A stretch of DNA of 33,406 nt from contig JAWOCD010000013.1 in assembly GCA_046483985.1 (NCBI GenBank), positions 1 to 33,406 on the forward strand, written 5' to 3'. How positions within the stretch are numbered: position 1 is the first letter of the stretch; the number at the start of each line of letters is the position of its first letter. The stretch comes from Promethearchaeia archaeon (GTDB lineage: Archaea > Asgardarchaeota > Lokiarchaeia > Sigyniarchaeales > SOKP01). The notes below the pieces were generated by a model. It was not told where the DNA came from and searched no databases. It worked only from the letters and a program-made list of their open reading frames with translations. The translations under genes were made by a program, and so were the position numbers. Below are positions 17,649 to 26,623 of the stretch, piece after piece.

Positions 17649-18812
17649 TTATTCTTCTTCCTCTTCATACCCTAATTCTTCAAGGGCTTCATCTAAATCT
17701 TCTGTTTCTTCGTCCAACACAAAGTCCGTTTCATACTCAGATGCTTCCATACTACCAAAATCAGGGGTGTTTACCTCATCAAAATCCGGAACTTCTTCTA
17801 ATGGGGGTAGTTCCTCTGTTTCCTCAACTTCAGCAGGAGGTTCTTCATCCAGAGTTGGTTGCGCTTCCTCAACTTGAGATATTTGCGTCGCTTGTTCTCC
17901 TTGTATTTCCTCTTCTTGAGTTGGTTGCGCTTCCTCAACTTGAGATATTTGCGTCGCTTGTTCTCCTTGCATTCCCTCCTCAACCATTATTGGAGTATAA
18001 TCTTCTAAGGGAACTGGCGGTATCTCATCGTCATATACCTTGACACCAGTATCCAGTTTAGCTTCAGTTGAAGTTGGAGTAGTAGCTCCTTCGGCTACGC
18101 TTGCTAGACTCTCAAGCGATTCCTCGCTGGGACCTTCTGGTATCTCTTTTCCACCAACTCGGGCGGCTTCTTCAGAAGGAATGGAAACCACATTTGATTC
18201 GGGAATAGATACTATATTATCCTCTGGTGAGCCCTCTAACTCCCCAACGTCTTCAGCAGATTCTGGAGACCACTCATCAAAGAAATCGAGAATACCGTCT
18301 AACGCTTCTTTATCTTGCTCCACGGAGGGTTTTAAGGGAGATTTCTTCTTCTCGGGTTTTTCCTCCTCTTTCGCTTCCAACTTTTCCTTTTCGGACTCTT
18401 CCAATGATAATGACATGACGCTTTCCTCGTCCCCTGAAATTAGCTTATTCAATTTTCGCGACAGGTCACGCAAATAAGCTAAATAATATCCGACCCGATA
18501 CATCGCTTTTAACGCACTAAAGATAATATATTCGTTATTAATTGCTATTAAAATACTATAGCCCGATTCATTATGAAGCAAAATTTCTTTTAGTGATCCA
18601 TGGTCTGTGGCTTCACTTAATTTTATCCCTAAATCAGTAAGCGCAGTACTTGATGCATTAACAGCGTCAGCATCCAAGTCTGTAGAGTCTGCAGAGGCAA
18701 CTCGGAGCCCTACTCGAGAGAGTACAGCAAGATTTTCTAAATCTGTTTGTTCCTCCTCTTTTTTAAGAATTTGCATAATTTGTTGCCGCTTTGAAGTTTC
18801 CATCGATGACAT
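17649..18812 (-). CDS. Roadblock/LC7 (LAMTOR2-like) domain protein with a long acidic disordered C-terminus
   Basis: N-terminal ~125 aa show the Roadblock pattern (AVLSRVGLRVAS, A.S..L..LG..L, G.LKEILL....GY.IL..I); the remaining ~260 aa are E/P/S/D-rich. Confidence 0.8.
   Translation of the reverse strand: MSSMETSKRQQIMQILKKEEEQTDLENLAVLSRVGLRVASADSTDLDADAVNASSTALTDLGIKLSEATDHGSLKEILLHNESGYSILIAINNEYIIFSALKAMYRVGYYLAYLRDLSRKLNKLISGDEESVMSLSLEESEKEKLEAKEEEKPEKKKSPLKPSVEQDKEALDGILDFFDEWSPESAEDVGELEGSPEDNIVSIPESNVVSIPSEEAARVGGKEIPEGPSEESLESLASVAEGATTPTSTEAKLDTGVKVYDDEIPPVPLEDYTPIMVEEGMQGEQATQISQVEEAQPTQEEEIQGEQATQISQVEEAQPTLDEEPPAEVEETEELPPLEEVPDFDEVNTPDFGSMEASEYETDFVLDEETEDLDEALEELGYEEEEE
17852..17969. 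repeat. Intragenic tandem duplication: 52-bp identical units with a 66-bp period
   Basis: 17852-17903 is identical to 17918-17969; encodes QGEQATQISQVEEAQPT twice. Confidence 0.95.
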
Positions 18813-18910
18813 AGTAAAAATACCTTTTAAGGTAGTAATTAGAATGAATGTTACTATTTATTATTATAAAATTAAAAGATTTATTTCTTTCTAATTTAGG
18901 TTTTTATTTC

Positions 18911-19630
18911 CTAAGTAAAAAAACTTAATCTTGTTTGGGTCGGAGGATGATTCTTGATCTTTTCTGAAGAATAGCCCGTAATTTTTTTAATATATTTTTC
19001 TACTTTTTGACGTACTTCTCGAGGAGTTAATCCATCGGTCTCTATCACAAATACCTTATCTTTCATATTCTCAGGCGTTAGAAGAATCATTTTATAATAT
19101 GATAAAATTTCAAGCAAATAATCTTGTTGTTCTTCATTCCATTCTCTTCTTTTCGGATCCAAGGAACCTCGCTTCAAGATACGTTTCATTATGGTTTTCG
19201 GTTTTGCAGTGAGATAAATGATATAATCTTCTTTCCACTCTATCGAATTGTAGGTATCGAGAATAAGATTATAATCTTTTTCTTTTAAATAGAGGCTTTT
19301 TGAATACACCAAGACACAAAGTGGCGTTCGGTCAAGAATTAGGATGCGACCATTATATCTTTTATCATAATTAGTGATACTCTTATTTCTCCGGATAAGT
19401 TGTTGGAGGAAATGAATTTCACTCCGAAATGCGACTTGTTTATCAGAAGATCCAAAAGGAAAGGGGGGTCTTTCAACATACCGTTCAGGATAAAATTTGA
19501 ATTTGGGATTATCTTCAAATTTTTTCTTTAATAATGAAAAAATTGTGGATTTTCCTACTCCATGCGCGCCAGAAAGCGAAATGATTACATTCTCTTTGCT
19601 TCCTTTATTTCGATAAACTTTTCTTACCAA
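18911..19630 (-). CDS. Deoxynucleoside/thymidylate kinase-like P-loop kinase
   Basis: SGAHGVGKST Walker A, ILDRT, IIYLTA.P.TIMKRI.KRG lid and IETDG motifs; TTG start. Confidence 0.82.
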   Translation of the reverse strand: MVRKVYRNKGSKENVIISLSGAHGVGKSTIFSLLKKKFEDNPKFKFYPERYVERPPFPFGSSDKQVAFRSEIHFLQQLIRRNKSITNYDKRYNGRILILDRTPLCVLVYSKSLYLKEKDYNLILDTYNSIEWKEDYIIYLTAKPKTIMKRILKRGSLDPKRREWNEEQQDYLLEILSYYKMILLTPENMKDKVFVIETDGLTPREVRQKVEKYIKKITGYSSEKIKNHPPTQTRLSFFT

Positions 19631-19799
19631 ACTTAATTGCTCCCATTCTTTTAAATAAAGTCGTATTAATGTCGAATATAAAAAATCATAAAGATACTTA
19701 TTCTACAACAGATAGATGATTTTTCTAATTATTAAATTTTTATGTTGATTCTCTAATTTATCCATATAATAAAATAGAAATTAGGATAAACTGAAAAAT

Positions 19800-20900
19800 C
19801 TAAAGGAGCACCATACTTAATACTATTATGATATTATAAAGAACGCTCGCAATAATTGTATTATAAAGATTTCCATTGTATTCATAAAGCATCCCTAAAA
19901 GAAGAAAGGAAATGAAATTGACTACGAAAAATACTAAACCTAACGGTATTGAAAATAAGGCATAAAGAGCAGCATAGATTAAAGCTGTCAGGACAATAAC
20001 AACCCAAGTCCTCCCAAATTTTTCATTTAGTGTATTATGAAGAACACCCCGGAATACAAATTCAGTGGAAATGGCACCCAAGCCTAATAAAATAACCAAA
20101 AGAAGAATCATAACGGCATCCGCATTTTGGATCACTCGATATGTTTCATTGAGGTACGATTCCAGACCGAAAATATCAAATCCAGAAGCAAAAAATAGAT
20201 CTAAAACAAATTCATTGAGGTAATTCACCAAGACTAGGGCAAGTCCCCCAATTATTCCAATAATAAGGGCATTGGTTAACTTTTTTGAGCTTGAATGCAA
20301 ACCTATTTTAGATAAGTGGTGTTTATGGAACAGAATATACAAGATCGGATATAGTCCAAAAAACACTTCTGGAAGTTGAATGAGTAAAATCGAGGTCATA
20401 TCAAGCGCGAAAGTCGTTTGAAGAGGATCTTCCGGAGTAAGTGTAAACGATAAGAGGATGAATAATAATAGATTCACAGTGATGTAAATCAATATGGAAT
20501 TGCCAAATGCATTGTACCCTTCTTTTAGATTCCATTTGTCTTTCTTGACTCTAAGATTTTCCTCGAGTTCTAATTTTTTCTTATCGGTAAAAATTAATCC
20601 GGGCTGTTTTGGTTGCGATTTAACACTTTCTGGAACCGGTTCGAGTCGAGTATTACAAATAGGACACTGTTCCAAGACGTTTGAATTAATTATAGAACCG
20701 CAGCCAGGACAAATTCTCTGATATTTTCCGTCCTTTACCCTAATTTTTGATTCCTTTCTTTTTTTAATCCTTTTCGAGGATGGGGATTCTGAGCCCTTAA
20801 ATACCAGCCTCCCACATTTGGGACAATAAGGGTTATGTGGTTGAGTTTTCGCTCCACAATGTGGGCAAGATTCAACATTATGTTCTTTTTCATCATTCAT
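19800..20900 (-). CDS. Double zinc-ribbon plus CPBP-like membrane protein with degenerate catalytic motifs
   Basis: CPHC/CPKC and CPGC/CPIC ribbons; membrane domain with STEFVFRG, YAALY and ASVLYN at the CPBP motif positions. Confidence 0.8.
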   Translation of the reverse strand: MNDEKEHNVESCPHCGAKTQPHNPYCPKCGRLVFKGSESPSSKRIKKRKESKIRVKDGKYQRICPGCGSIINSNVLEQCPICNTRLEPVPESVKSQPKQPGLIFTDKKKLELEENLRVKKDKWNLKEGYNAFGNSILIYITVNLLLFILLSFTLTPEDPLQTTFALDMTSILLIQLPEVFFGLYPILYILFHKHHLSKIGLHSSSKKLTNALIIGIIGGLALVLVNYLNEFVLDLFFASGFDIFGLESYLNETYRVIQNADAVMILLLVILLGLGAISTEFVFRGVLHNTLNEKFGRTWVVIVLTALIYAALYALFSIPLGLVFFVVNFISFLLLGMLYEYNGNLYNTIIASVLYNIIIVLSMVLL

Positions 20901-21011
20901 AATAGAAAAAATCCTAAGATTCTGAATAATAAGAATTAAAATTTATTATAATAATTTATCATTATAAAATTAAAACCCCACCCTCAGCATGAAAGAGGAA
21001 GTTTTCTAAAA

Positions 21012-22160
21012 ATGAAAAGTAAAGAACGGGTAAAACGAGCGTTCCATTTTAATAAGCCAGATAGAGTTCCTATGTCGTGTATTTCGTTAAAGACTGATTT
21101 CTTTCCTGTAATGCAGTTTGAGCCCAAATCGTGGCAACCAAAGAAATATCCCCCCCATGTGCAAGGAGGCGCATATACCTTATCCTCGCGCTTAGTAAGG
21201 TGGTTCGTCTATAATTGGAAAAAGGAATATAGGAAAAAAGCAGGATATTCAAAAAAGTGGTGGAAATATCCTCATACCAGCATAGATGAATGGGGGGTAT
21301 TATGGAGATCTAGCGGAATTGAAAGTAAAGATAAAACGATGGGACATCCCTTTCAAGGTCCTCTTCAAGAGAGTTGGGATGGATTAGATGAACTCGAAAT
21401 TCCGGATGTCTCAGAACCCAAACGATATCGGCTCATGAGGTCAAAAATCATGAGATTTTTGGGAAGGAATAGATATACTTTAGGTTCTTATGGTCCTGAC
21501 GGGTTATTTACGAAAGCTTCCCAAATCAGGGGTTTTAATAATTTGCTCGTTGATTTTGCGCGAAATCCAAAAAAAGTACAAAAACTGATAGCAAAACTAT
21601 TGCCCTACTATAAAACCCAAGCAGAGAAATATAAGGAATATTATCCTAGTTTAGATTCGATGGTAATGGCAGACGATTTTGGAACGCAAAATAGTCCTTT
21701 TTTATCTCCACAGATTTTTAGAAAATTCTTTTTCGAACCTTTAAAGGAATTAAGTGATCTAATACACGATTTGGGAATGGATTTTATCTTACACAGCTGC
21801 GGCGATGTAGGGGATTTGATTCCACAGTTTGTAGAAATTGGCATAGATGTAATGGAGTTTGATAGTCCACATATGACCGGCGTCGAAAACTTTAAACAAT
21901 ATGCTGAAGAAAGGAAAATGGCGTTTTGGTTGTGTTCGAATATTCAAACCACCTATGTCAAAGGAACCCCTAAAGAGGTAGAAAAAGAGATCAAATACTA
22001 TATTAAAGAAGTCGGAAATAATGAAGGGGGGTTAGCTATCTACGAATATCCGCAAAATTATTCCTTGGGGACACCAAAAGAGAATATTAAGGCTCAACGA
22101 AACGCAGTCCTTAAATGGGGAAATTACGCCGAAAATAATAAAATTGAATGGTTAGATTAA
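21012..22160 (+). CDS. Uroporphyrinogen decarboxylase/MtaA-CmuA-like TIM-barrel protein
   Basis: ERVKRAF....PDRVP, DEWG, RG..NLL.D, DDFGTQ....LSP..FRKF, LHSCG and GTP.EV motifs. Confidence 0.85.
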   Translation: MKSKERVKRAFHFNKPDRVPMSCISLKTDFFPVMQFEPKSWQPKKYPPHVQGGAYTLSSRLVRWFVYNWKKEYRKKAGYSKKWWKYPHTSIDEWGVLWRSSGIESKDKTMGHPFQGPLQESWDGLDELEIPDVSEPKRYRLMRSKIMRFLGRNRYTLGSYGPDGLFTKASQIRGFNNLLVDFARNPKKVQKLIAKLLPYYKTQAEKYKEYYPSLDSMVMADDFGTQNSPFLSPQIFRKFFFEPLKELSDLIHDLGMDFILHSCGDVGDLIPQFVEIGIDVMEFDSPHMTGVENFKQYAEERKMAFWLCSNIQTTYVKGTPKEVEKEIKYYIKEVGNNEGGLAIYEYPQNYSLGTPKENIKAQRNAVLKWGNYAENNKIEWLD

Positions 22161-22177
22161 AAGCGTTCCTATTTAAT

Positions 22178-22978
22178 CTAATTTATATTGTTCCCCTTCT
22201 TCTCTGCCTTAAGCTCATTCCCGCAATAATGGCAATAAACTGCTTTTAACGAGTTCTCCGAACCACACTTTTCACAAATAATTACATTACTCTCTGGCTT
22301 CTTCTTGGGCTTTGTAAATTTAATTTTTTCGTATTCTGAATAAATATTATTAAGTTTTTCCCTTTTAAGGGATATTTTATATTTCTTGATGTGATTACCA
22401 ATAAAATTAATTAATTCCTTCCAAATCCTCCATTCTGATGAATGTTTTTCTATGAGTGATTCATTTTTGTCTGAGCCGAAAAGAGGAAAACCCTCATTAT
22501 GGATTAATATATCTTCCTTTCCTTCTTCAAGGTTTAATCTAATTTTTTCCAATTTTTTCTTCAATTTCCGTTTTTCCAGGAACCCATGGTTGGATTCTTC
22601 CAATAAATACTCTATAAATTCTTGCTTTAGTTGGAGAAGCTGGTTTTCATTCTTTATGAAACACTGACTATCTTCAGAAATTGATTCCTTAATATAATCT
22701 TTTCTTGCTTGGAACTCTTGATTAATTCTATCTTTAATATCCTCAATTTTTTCTGAAATTGTATTATACTTCTCCCCCTTAACTTGAGATTTAGGTTGTT
22801 CCTTGACTTTTTTGGTTACAGTTAGTTTTCGTTGAGATTGTTTAGGTTTGGATTTACTGGTTTTGGTCGTCGGATAGATTAATTTACGATAAATAAATGA
22901 ATTTTGGAAATGATGACTATGATAACGCTTATTGGCACGATTAATTTTAAAACTTCGATTTCTCCTCCTATGGCGCAT
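22178..22978 (-). CDS. Hypothetical protein with a basic N-terminus and C-terminal zinc ribbon
   Basis: 266-aa ORF with AAGGAG Shine-Dalgarno; C-terminal CEKCG.EN....YCHYCG. Confidence 0.75.
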   Translation of the reverse strand: MRHRRRNRSFKINRANKRYHSHHFQNSFIYRKLIYPTTKTSKSKPKQSQRKLTVTKKVKEQPKSQVKGEKYNTISEKIEDIKDRINQEFQARKDYIKESISEDSQCFIKNENQLLQLKQEFIEYLLEESNHGFLEKRKLKKKLEKIRLNLEEGKEDILIHNEGFPLFGSDKNESLIEKHSSEWRIWKELINFIGNHIKKYKISLKREKLNNIYSEYEKIKFTKPKKKPESNVIICEKCGSENSLKAVYCHYCGNELKAEKKGNNIN

Positions 22979-23174
22979 TTTATTTACACATCTCCTTCTT
23001 TTTTGTTAGATTTCTTATGAATATATATTCATTATATGTTTTAAATTTTATTATTAAAAAATGTTATATAAATAGATTTACTTGTCTATTTCGTTGAAGT
23101 TCACATTCTCAAAATAATATTAAGGGAAATATAATTTTCTTATATCAAGAATAATATTTGTATTTGAATTTAAA

Positions 23175-24476
23175 ATGACGACTTTTTGGGCCCCTTTAAT
23201 CCACATATATCAGCCTCCCACGCAAGATATAAAAATATTGAAGAAAATTAATGAGGAATGTTATAAACCATTATTTAAGGTAATTGAAAGTCATAAAAAC
23301 GCTAAATTTTCCCTCAATATTAATGGAGTACTTATCGAAATGCTCTATGAGTATGGAATGGGAGATACGATGGATTTACTGAAAGATTTGGTTGCAGAAA
23401 ATAAGGTGGAAATCTTAGGCACAGCAAAATTCCATCCCATTCTCCCCCTCATTCCCAAAAAAGAGGCATATCATCAAATTCGGATGAATGAAGATGTCAA
23501 TCGGAAAGAGTTTGGGAATATTTGGGAGAGAAACGGATTTTTCCCCCCTGAACTGGCGATTTCCTCAAAAGTTGCCAAATATATTAGAAAACATAATTAT
23601 AAGTGGGTTATTATGAGCGGGATTGCATGTCCGGTCGACTGGCCTTATGATAAAATTTACAAATCGCCAAACGGACTGCAGCTTTTTTTCCGGGATGACA
23701 TTTTAAGTAATAAAATCTCTTTCAAAAAAATCACAGCGAAAGAGTTTGTACAAGAATTAAGAGAACATTATAAAGATAAAAAGTATGAGTATAAAAATGA
23801 CACCTATACAATCACGGCGATGGATGGAGAGACTTTCGGACATCATATTCCAAATTATGAAAAAAAATTCTTAGGAAAGGCTTTAGATTTAATTGCTGAA
23901 AATGGAGATTTTAACAATCAAGAGGAGAACGGGAAAGAGGGAGATGGGAAGAAAAGAACAGATGATATTAAAATTGTGTTTATATCTGAATTAGATCACT
24001 ATTTTCCAATCTCTGATAAGCGAATTATTCCCAGAGAATCCAGTTGGAGTACTAATCTTGAAGATATACGTAAAGGTATTCCTTATCCTTTATGGAAACA
24101 TCCCGATAATGATGTGCATAAATATTATTGGAAGGTTATCAAAAGTCTTAATAAATTGATGGAACTGGCTGATAATTTAGATTTAACCAAGGAATGGGAA
24201 GTTGAGAACTACTATAACACCGCTCGATGGTATTACGATCGAGGTCTACATTCATGTCCTACATGGTGGGCAAATCCGCTAAATGATACGTGGAGCCCGA
24301 ATTTAATCTACAAAGGTATTGATTTATTAATGCGGGCTGCCTTGAATGCCGAGTTAGCTCTGGAATATGCTGGTATTGAAGACGGAGAAGGCTATTTTGA
24401 TTCTATCTCATTTTATGAAAGTCTTTTGCTAATGGAACTATACGAGACAACACGTAAGAATTTGAAAAAGAAATGA
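23175..24476 (+). CDS. Glycoside hydrolase family 57 protein
   Basis: HIYQP, HPILPLI, GFFPPELA (nucleophile Glu), FRDD.LSN and AMDGETFGHH (acid/base Asp) motifs. Confidence 0.92.
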   Translation: MTTFWAPLIHIYQPPTQDIKILKKINEECYKPLFKVIESHKNAKFSLNINGVLIEMLYEYGMGDTMDLLKDLVAENKVEILGTAKFHPILPLIPKKEAYHQIRMNEDVNRKEFGNIWERNGFFPPELAISSKVAKYIRKHNYKWVIMSGIACPVDWPYDKIYKSPNGLQLFFRDDILSNKISFKKITAKEFVQELREHYKDKKYEYKNDTYTITAMDGETFGHHIPNYEKKFLGKALDLIAENGDFNNQEENGKEGDGKKRTDDIKIVFISELDHYFPISDKRIIPRESSWSTNLEDIRKGIPYPLWKHPDNDVHKYYWKVIKSLNKLMELADNLDLTKEWEVENYYNTARWYYDRGLHSCPTWWANPLNDTWSPNLIYKGIDLLMRAALNAELALEYAGIEDGEGYFDSISFYESLLLMELYETTRKNLKKK

Positions 24477-24579
24477 TTTTAAAAAAACTAATGCTTTATT
24501 GAGCCTTATTTAAGTCTTATGCTTCTCAATGGATGGAAGTTATGATCTATTTGCAGATTTACCACTAAAGTGCGAAAAA

Positions 24580-25689
24580 CTATTTCTCTATAATAGTTTC
24601 CTTGATAGCCGTCCCAAAATGTGTCGCTCCGGGACCGATGTGCACCAGAATTTTGTCCCCTTCTTCAATATCTACCACAGATTTTGCCTCTCCATTTGAT
24701 GATACCAACCGTATCGTTTCGGCATTCTGACATATACAATTTATCGGTATTTTCTTTCCATCTTGAGTGGCTTCTAACTCAAACCGAAGCATCGGTCTGG
24801 TTTCTATCTTAACCCTGCCTACAGATACGATCCGCGCATTGGAATCAGTATCTACAACAATTACCTTATCTCCACCTTTTAACTCACTAAGGTAATTGGT
24901 CTTATAACTTCCAGGTTCTTCGCCTGGAACAAGAATATAGGCTGATACATCGCCAGCATTTACCCGAAAAGGGCGGGAAGCAACAAATTGCGTTTCGAAA
25001 ACTTCCGCATGAACCAAAGCAAATCCCATTGCAGTACTTCCCACTAACATCCCTTCGCCAGGACGTAATAAAGAAGTTGTATCTACGCAAACTCGGTCAC
25101 TTTCCGGAATACTTGTAACGTTTACCACTTTTGCAGTTGTAAGAGGGACGGAAAATTGAGAAACTGTCAGATTTTTAAGATCTACCAGATCATTCGCACT
25201 TTTCGGTTCAATCAGAACTCCATCAACCCCCATCTCAAGCGTTTTTAGCATTAGTTCCGCTTCCTCTATATCTTGCACTTGGGCAATCAGTTCGGTATCA
25301 TTTTTATGCATCTTCGCAATTAGATTTTCAAAAGGGATTATTTTCCAATCCTCGGCTGAGACTATCATCATATCAATCGGATACTTAGTTGCATTTTCAA
25401 CGATTTCAACTTCATCCTCCTTCGATTTTAACCTCTTAAAATAGGCGATATTTTTCTTCAATTCTGAGTTTTCTAATTGTCGTTCTAACGCGCTCATATC
25501 TTCAATTATCGTATAATCTGAATCAAGGGCTTTTCCTTTTGCATACAGCGTAATTCTTTCTATATCTTTAAATTCATCGATAGTGTCTTTTGATACTAAA
25601 AAATGGAGAATATCTTTATTAAATGCTTCTTGTACTAATTCCTTAAATTCGGACATCTTAGATGCAAAATCTAGAATAATTTTTTTCAT
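24580..25689 (-). CDS. 3-dehydroquinate synthase II (archaeal type, AroB')
   Basis: DWKIIPFENLIA, LEMGVDGV, DRVCVDT, RPFRVNAG, YLSELKGG, VGRVKIETRP, QNAETIRL and HFG..I.E.I.EK motifs. Confidence 0.95.
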   Translation of the reverse strand: MKKIILDFASKMSEFKELVQEAFNKDILHFLVSKDTIDEFKDIERITLYAKGKALDSDYTIIEDMSALERQLENSELKKNIAYFKRLKSKEDEVEIVENATKYPIDMMIVSAEDWKIIPFENLIAKMHKNDTELIAQVQDIEEAELMLKTLEMGVDGVLIEPKSANDLVDLKNLTVSQFSVPLTTAKVVNVTSIPESDRVCVDTTSLLRPGEGMLVGSTAMGFALVHAEVFETQFVASRPFRVNAGDVSAYILVPGEEPGSYKTNYLSELKGGDKVIVVDTDSNARIVSVGRVKIETRPMLRFELEATQDGKKIPINCICQNAETIRLVSSNGEAKSVVDIEEGDKILVHIGPGATHFGTAIKETIIEK

Positions 25690-25871
25690 TTCTTACCAAC
25701 TCATCAACTACTGGACTCTAGAAATTTTAATATGATATAATTGTTACGTTCTCTTAAGCATTTAGTTATTATAATCAAACTAAATTTTTATATTCGAATA
25801 TTTATATTTATTATATCAGAACCATAAAAAAAATTTAACATTCAAGAATACTTATACAAAAGTTGATATAT

Positions 25872-26555
25872 ATGGGCTTCTTTGATAAACTATTCAGCAA
25901 GGACAAGAAAACGCAAAAAAATGCTCAAGATGCGCTTGTTGGAAAGATTAAAGATTATAAGCGTCAAATATCGCTTAGAATTAAAGGTATGAATAAGAAA
26001 GCTACGGCGGCCCGCCATAATGCCAAAATTGCGATTAAAAGAGGAGAGGAAAAAACCGCAGAAACATATTTAGTTCAATTCAAGCAATATCAGAATTATG
26101 CAAACAACCTCAATAAAACAAGATTGAAACTGGATTCCTACCAAATGGCAATAGAAACGGGGGGAAATAACTTAGAGTTCAAAAGCCTTATGAAGGATGT
26201 TACAAATACATTAGAAAAAATTTCTCAAACTGCTGGTTCTACGGAGATCGGAGAATTAACAGCCTATGCAGATGAATATGCAGCTGATATCCATGAAGCC
26301 CAAGATATGATGGCAGGAGAACCGACTATTGATACGGGAATTGACGTTTCCGAAGAGATGAATAAATTACAAACCGAAGTTCTTTTGGATGAGAGTGGTT
26401 CCCTACCCGAAGTTCCAAGTGAAACAGAAGAGGGAAAAGAAGAATATATTACTGATTTAGATGCATTAGAATCAGAAAAAGGGAAAGAAGTTAAATCAAA
26501 GGAGCAGGTAAAGAAAGAAGTCGATAAGCTTAAGAAAGAACTTAATATTGAATAA
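25872..26555 (+). CDS. ESCRT-III / Snf7 family protein (Vps20/32/60-like)
   Basis: Amphipathic MGFFDKLF N-terminus, basic helical hairpin (AKIAIKRG...A..YL...K.Y), acidic C-terminal half, LPEVPS MIM2-like motif and a terminal helix. Confidence 0.82.
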   Translation: MGFFDKLFSKDKKTQKNAQDALVGKIKDYKRQISLRIKGMNKKATAARHNAKIAIKRGEEKTAETYLVQFKQYQNYANNLNKTRLKLDSYQMAIETGGNNLEFKSLMKDVTNTLEKISQTAGSTEIGELTAYADEYAADIHEAQDMMAGEPTIDTGIDVSEEMNKLQTEVLLDESGSLPEVPSETEEGKEEYITDLDALESEKGKEVKSKEQVKKEVDKLKKELNIE

Positions 26556-26623
26556 TTAAGTTCCTTTCCTCTATTTAATACCTGCATATCTCTTCTTAAG
26601 TAGTTAAGTTTGCCTTAAGTATT

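Noticed and set aside
17852-17969. 66-bp periodic repeat as a possible mini-CRISPR
   Set aside because: Only two units, 52-bp repeats with a 14-bp gap, in frame inside a coding region, and no cas genes.
17632-18894. Several Ser-rich plus-strand ORFs (81-145 aa)
   Set aside because: Antisense shadows of the Glu-rich Roadblock tail, whose codons lack stops on the opposite strand.
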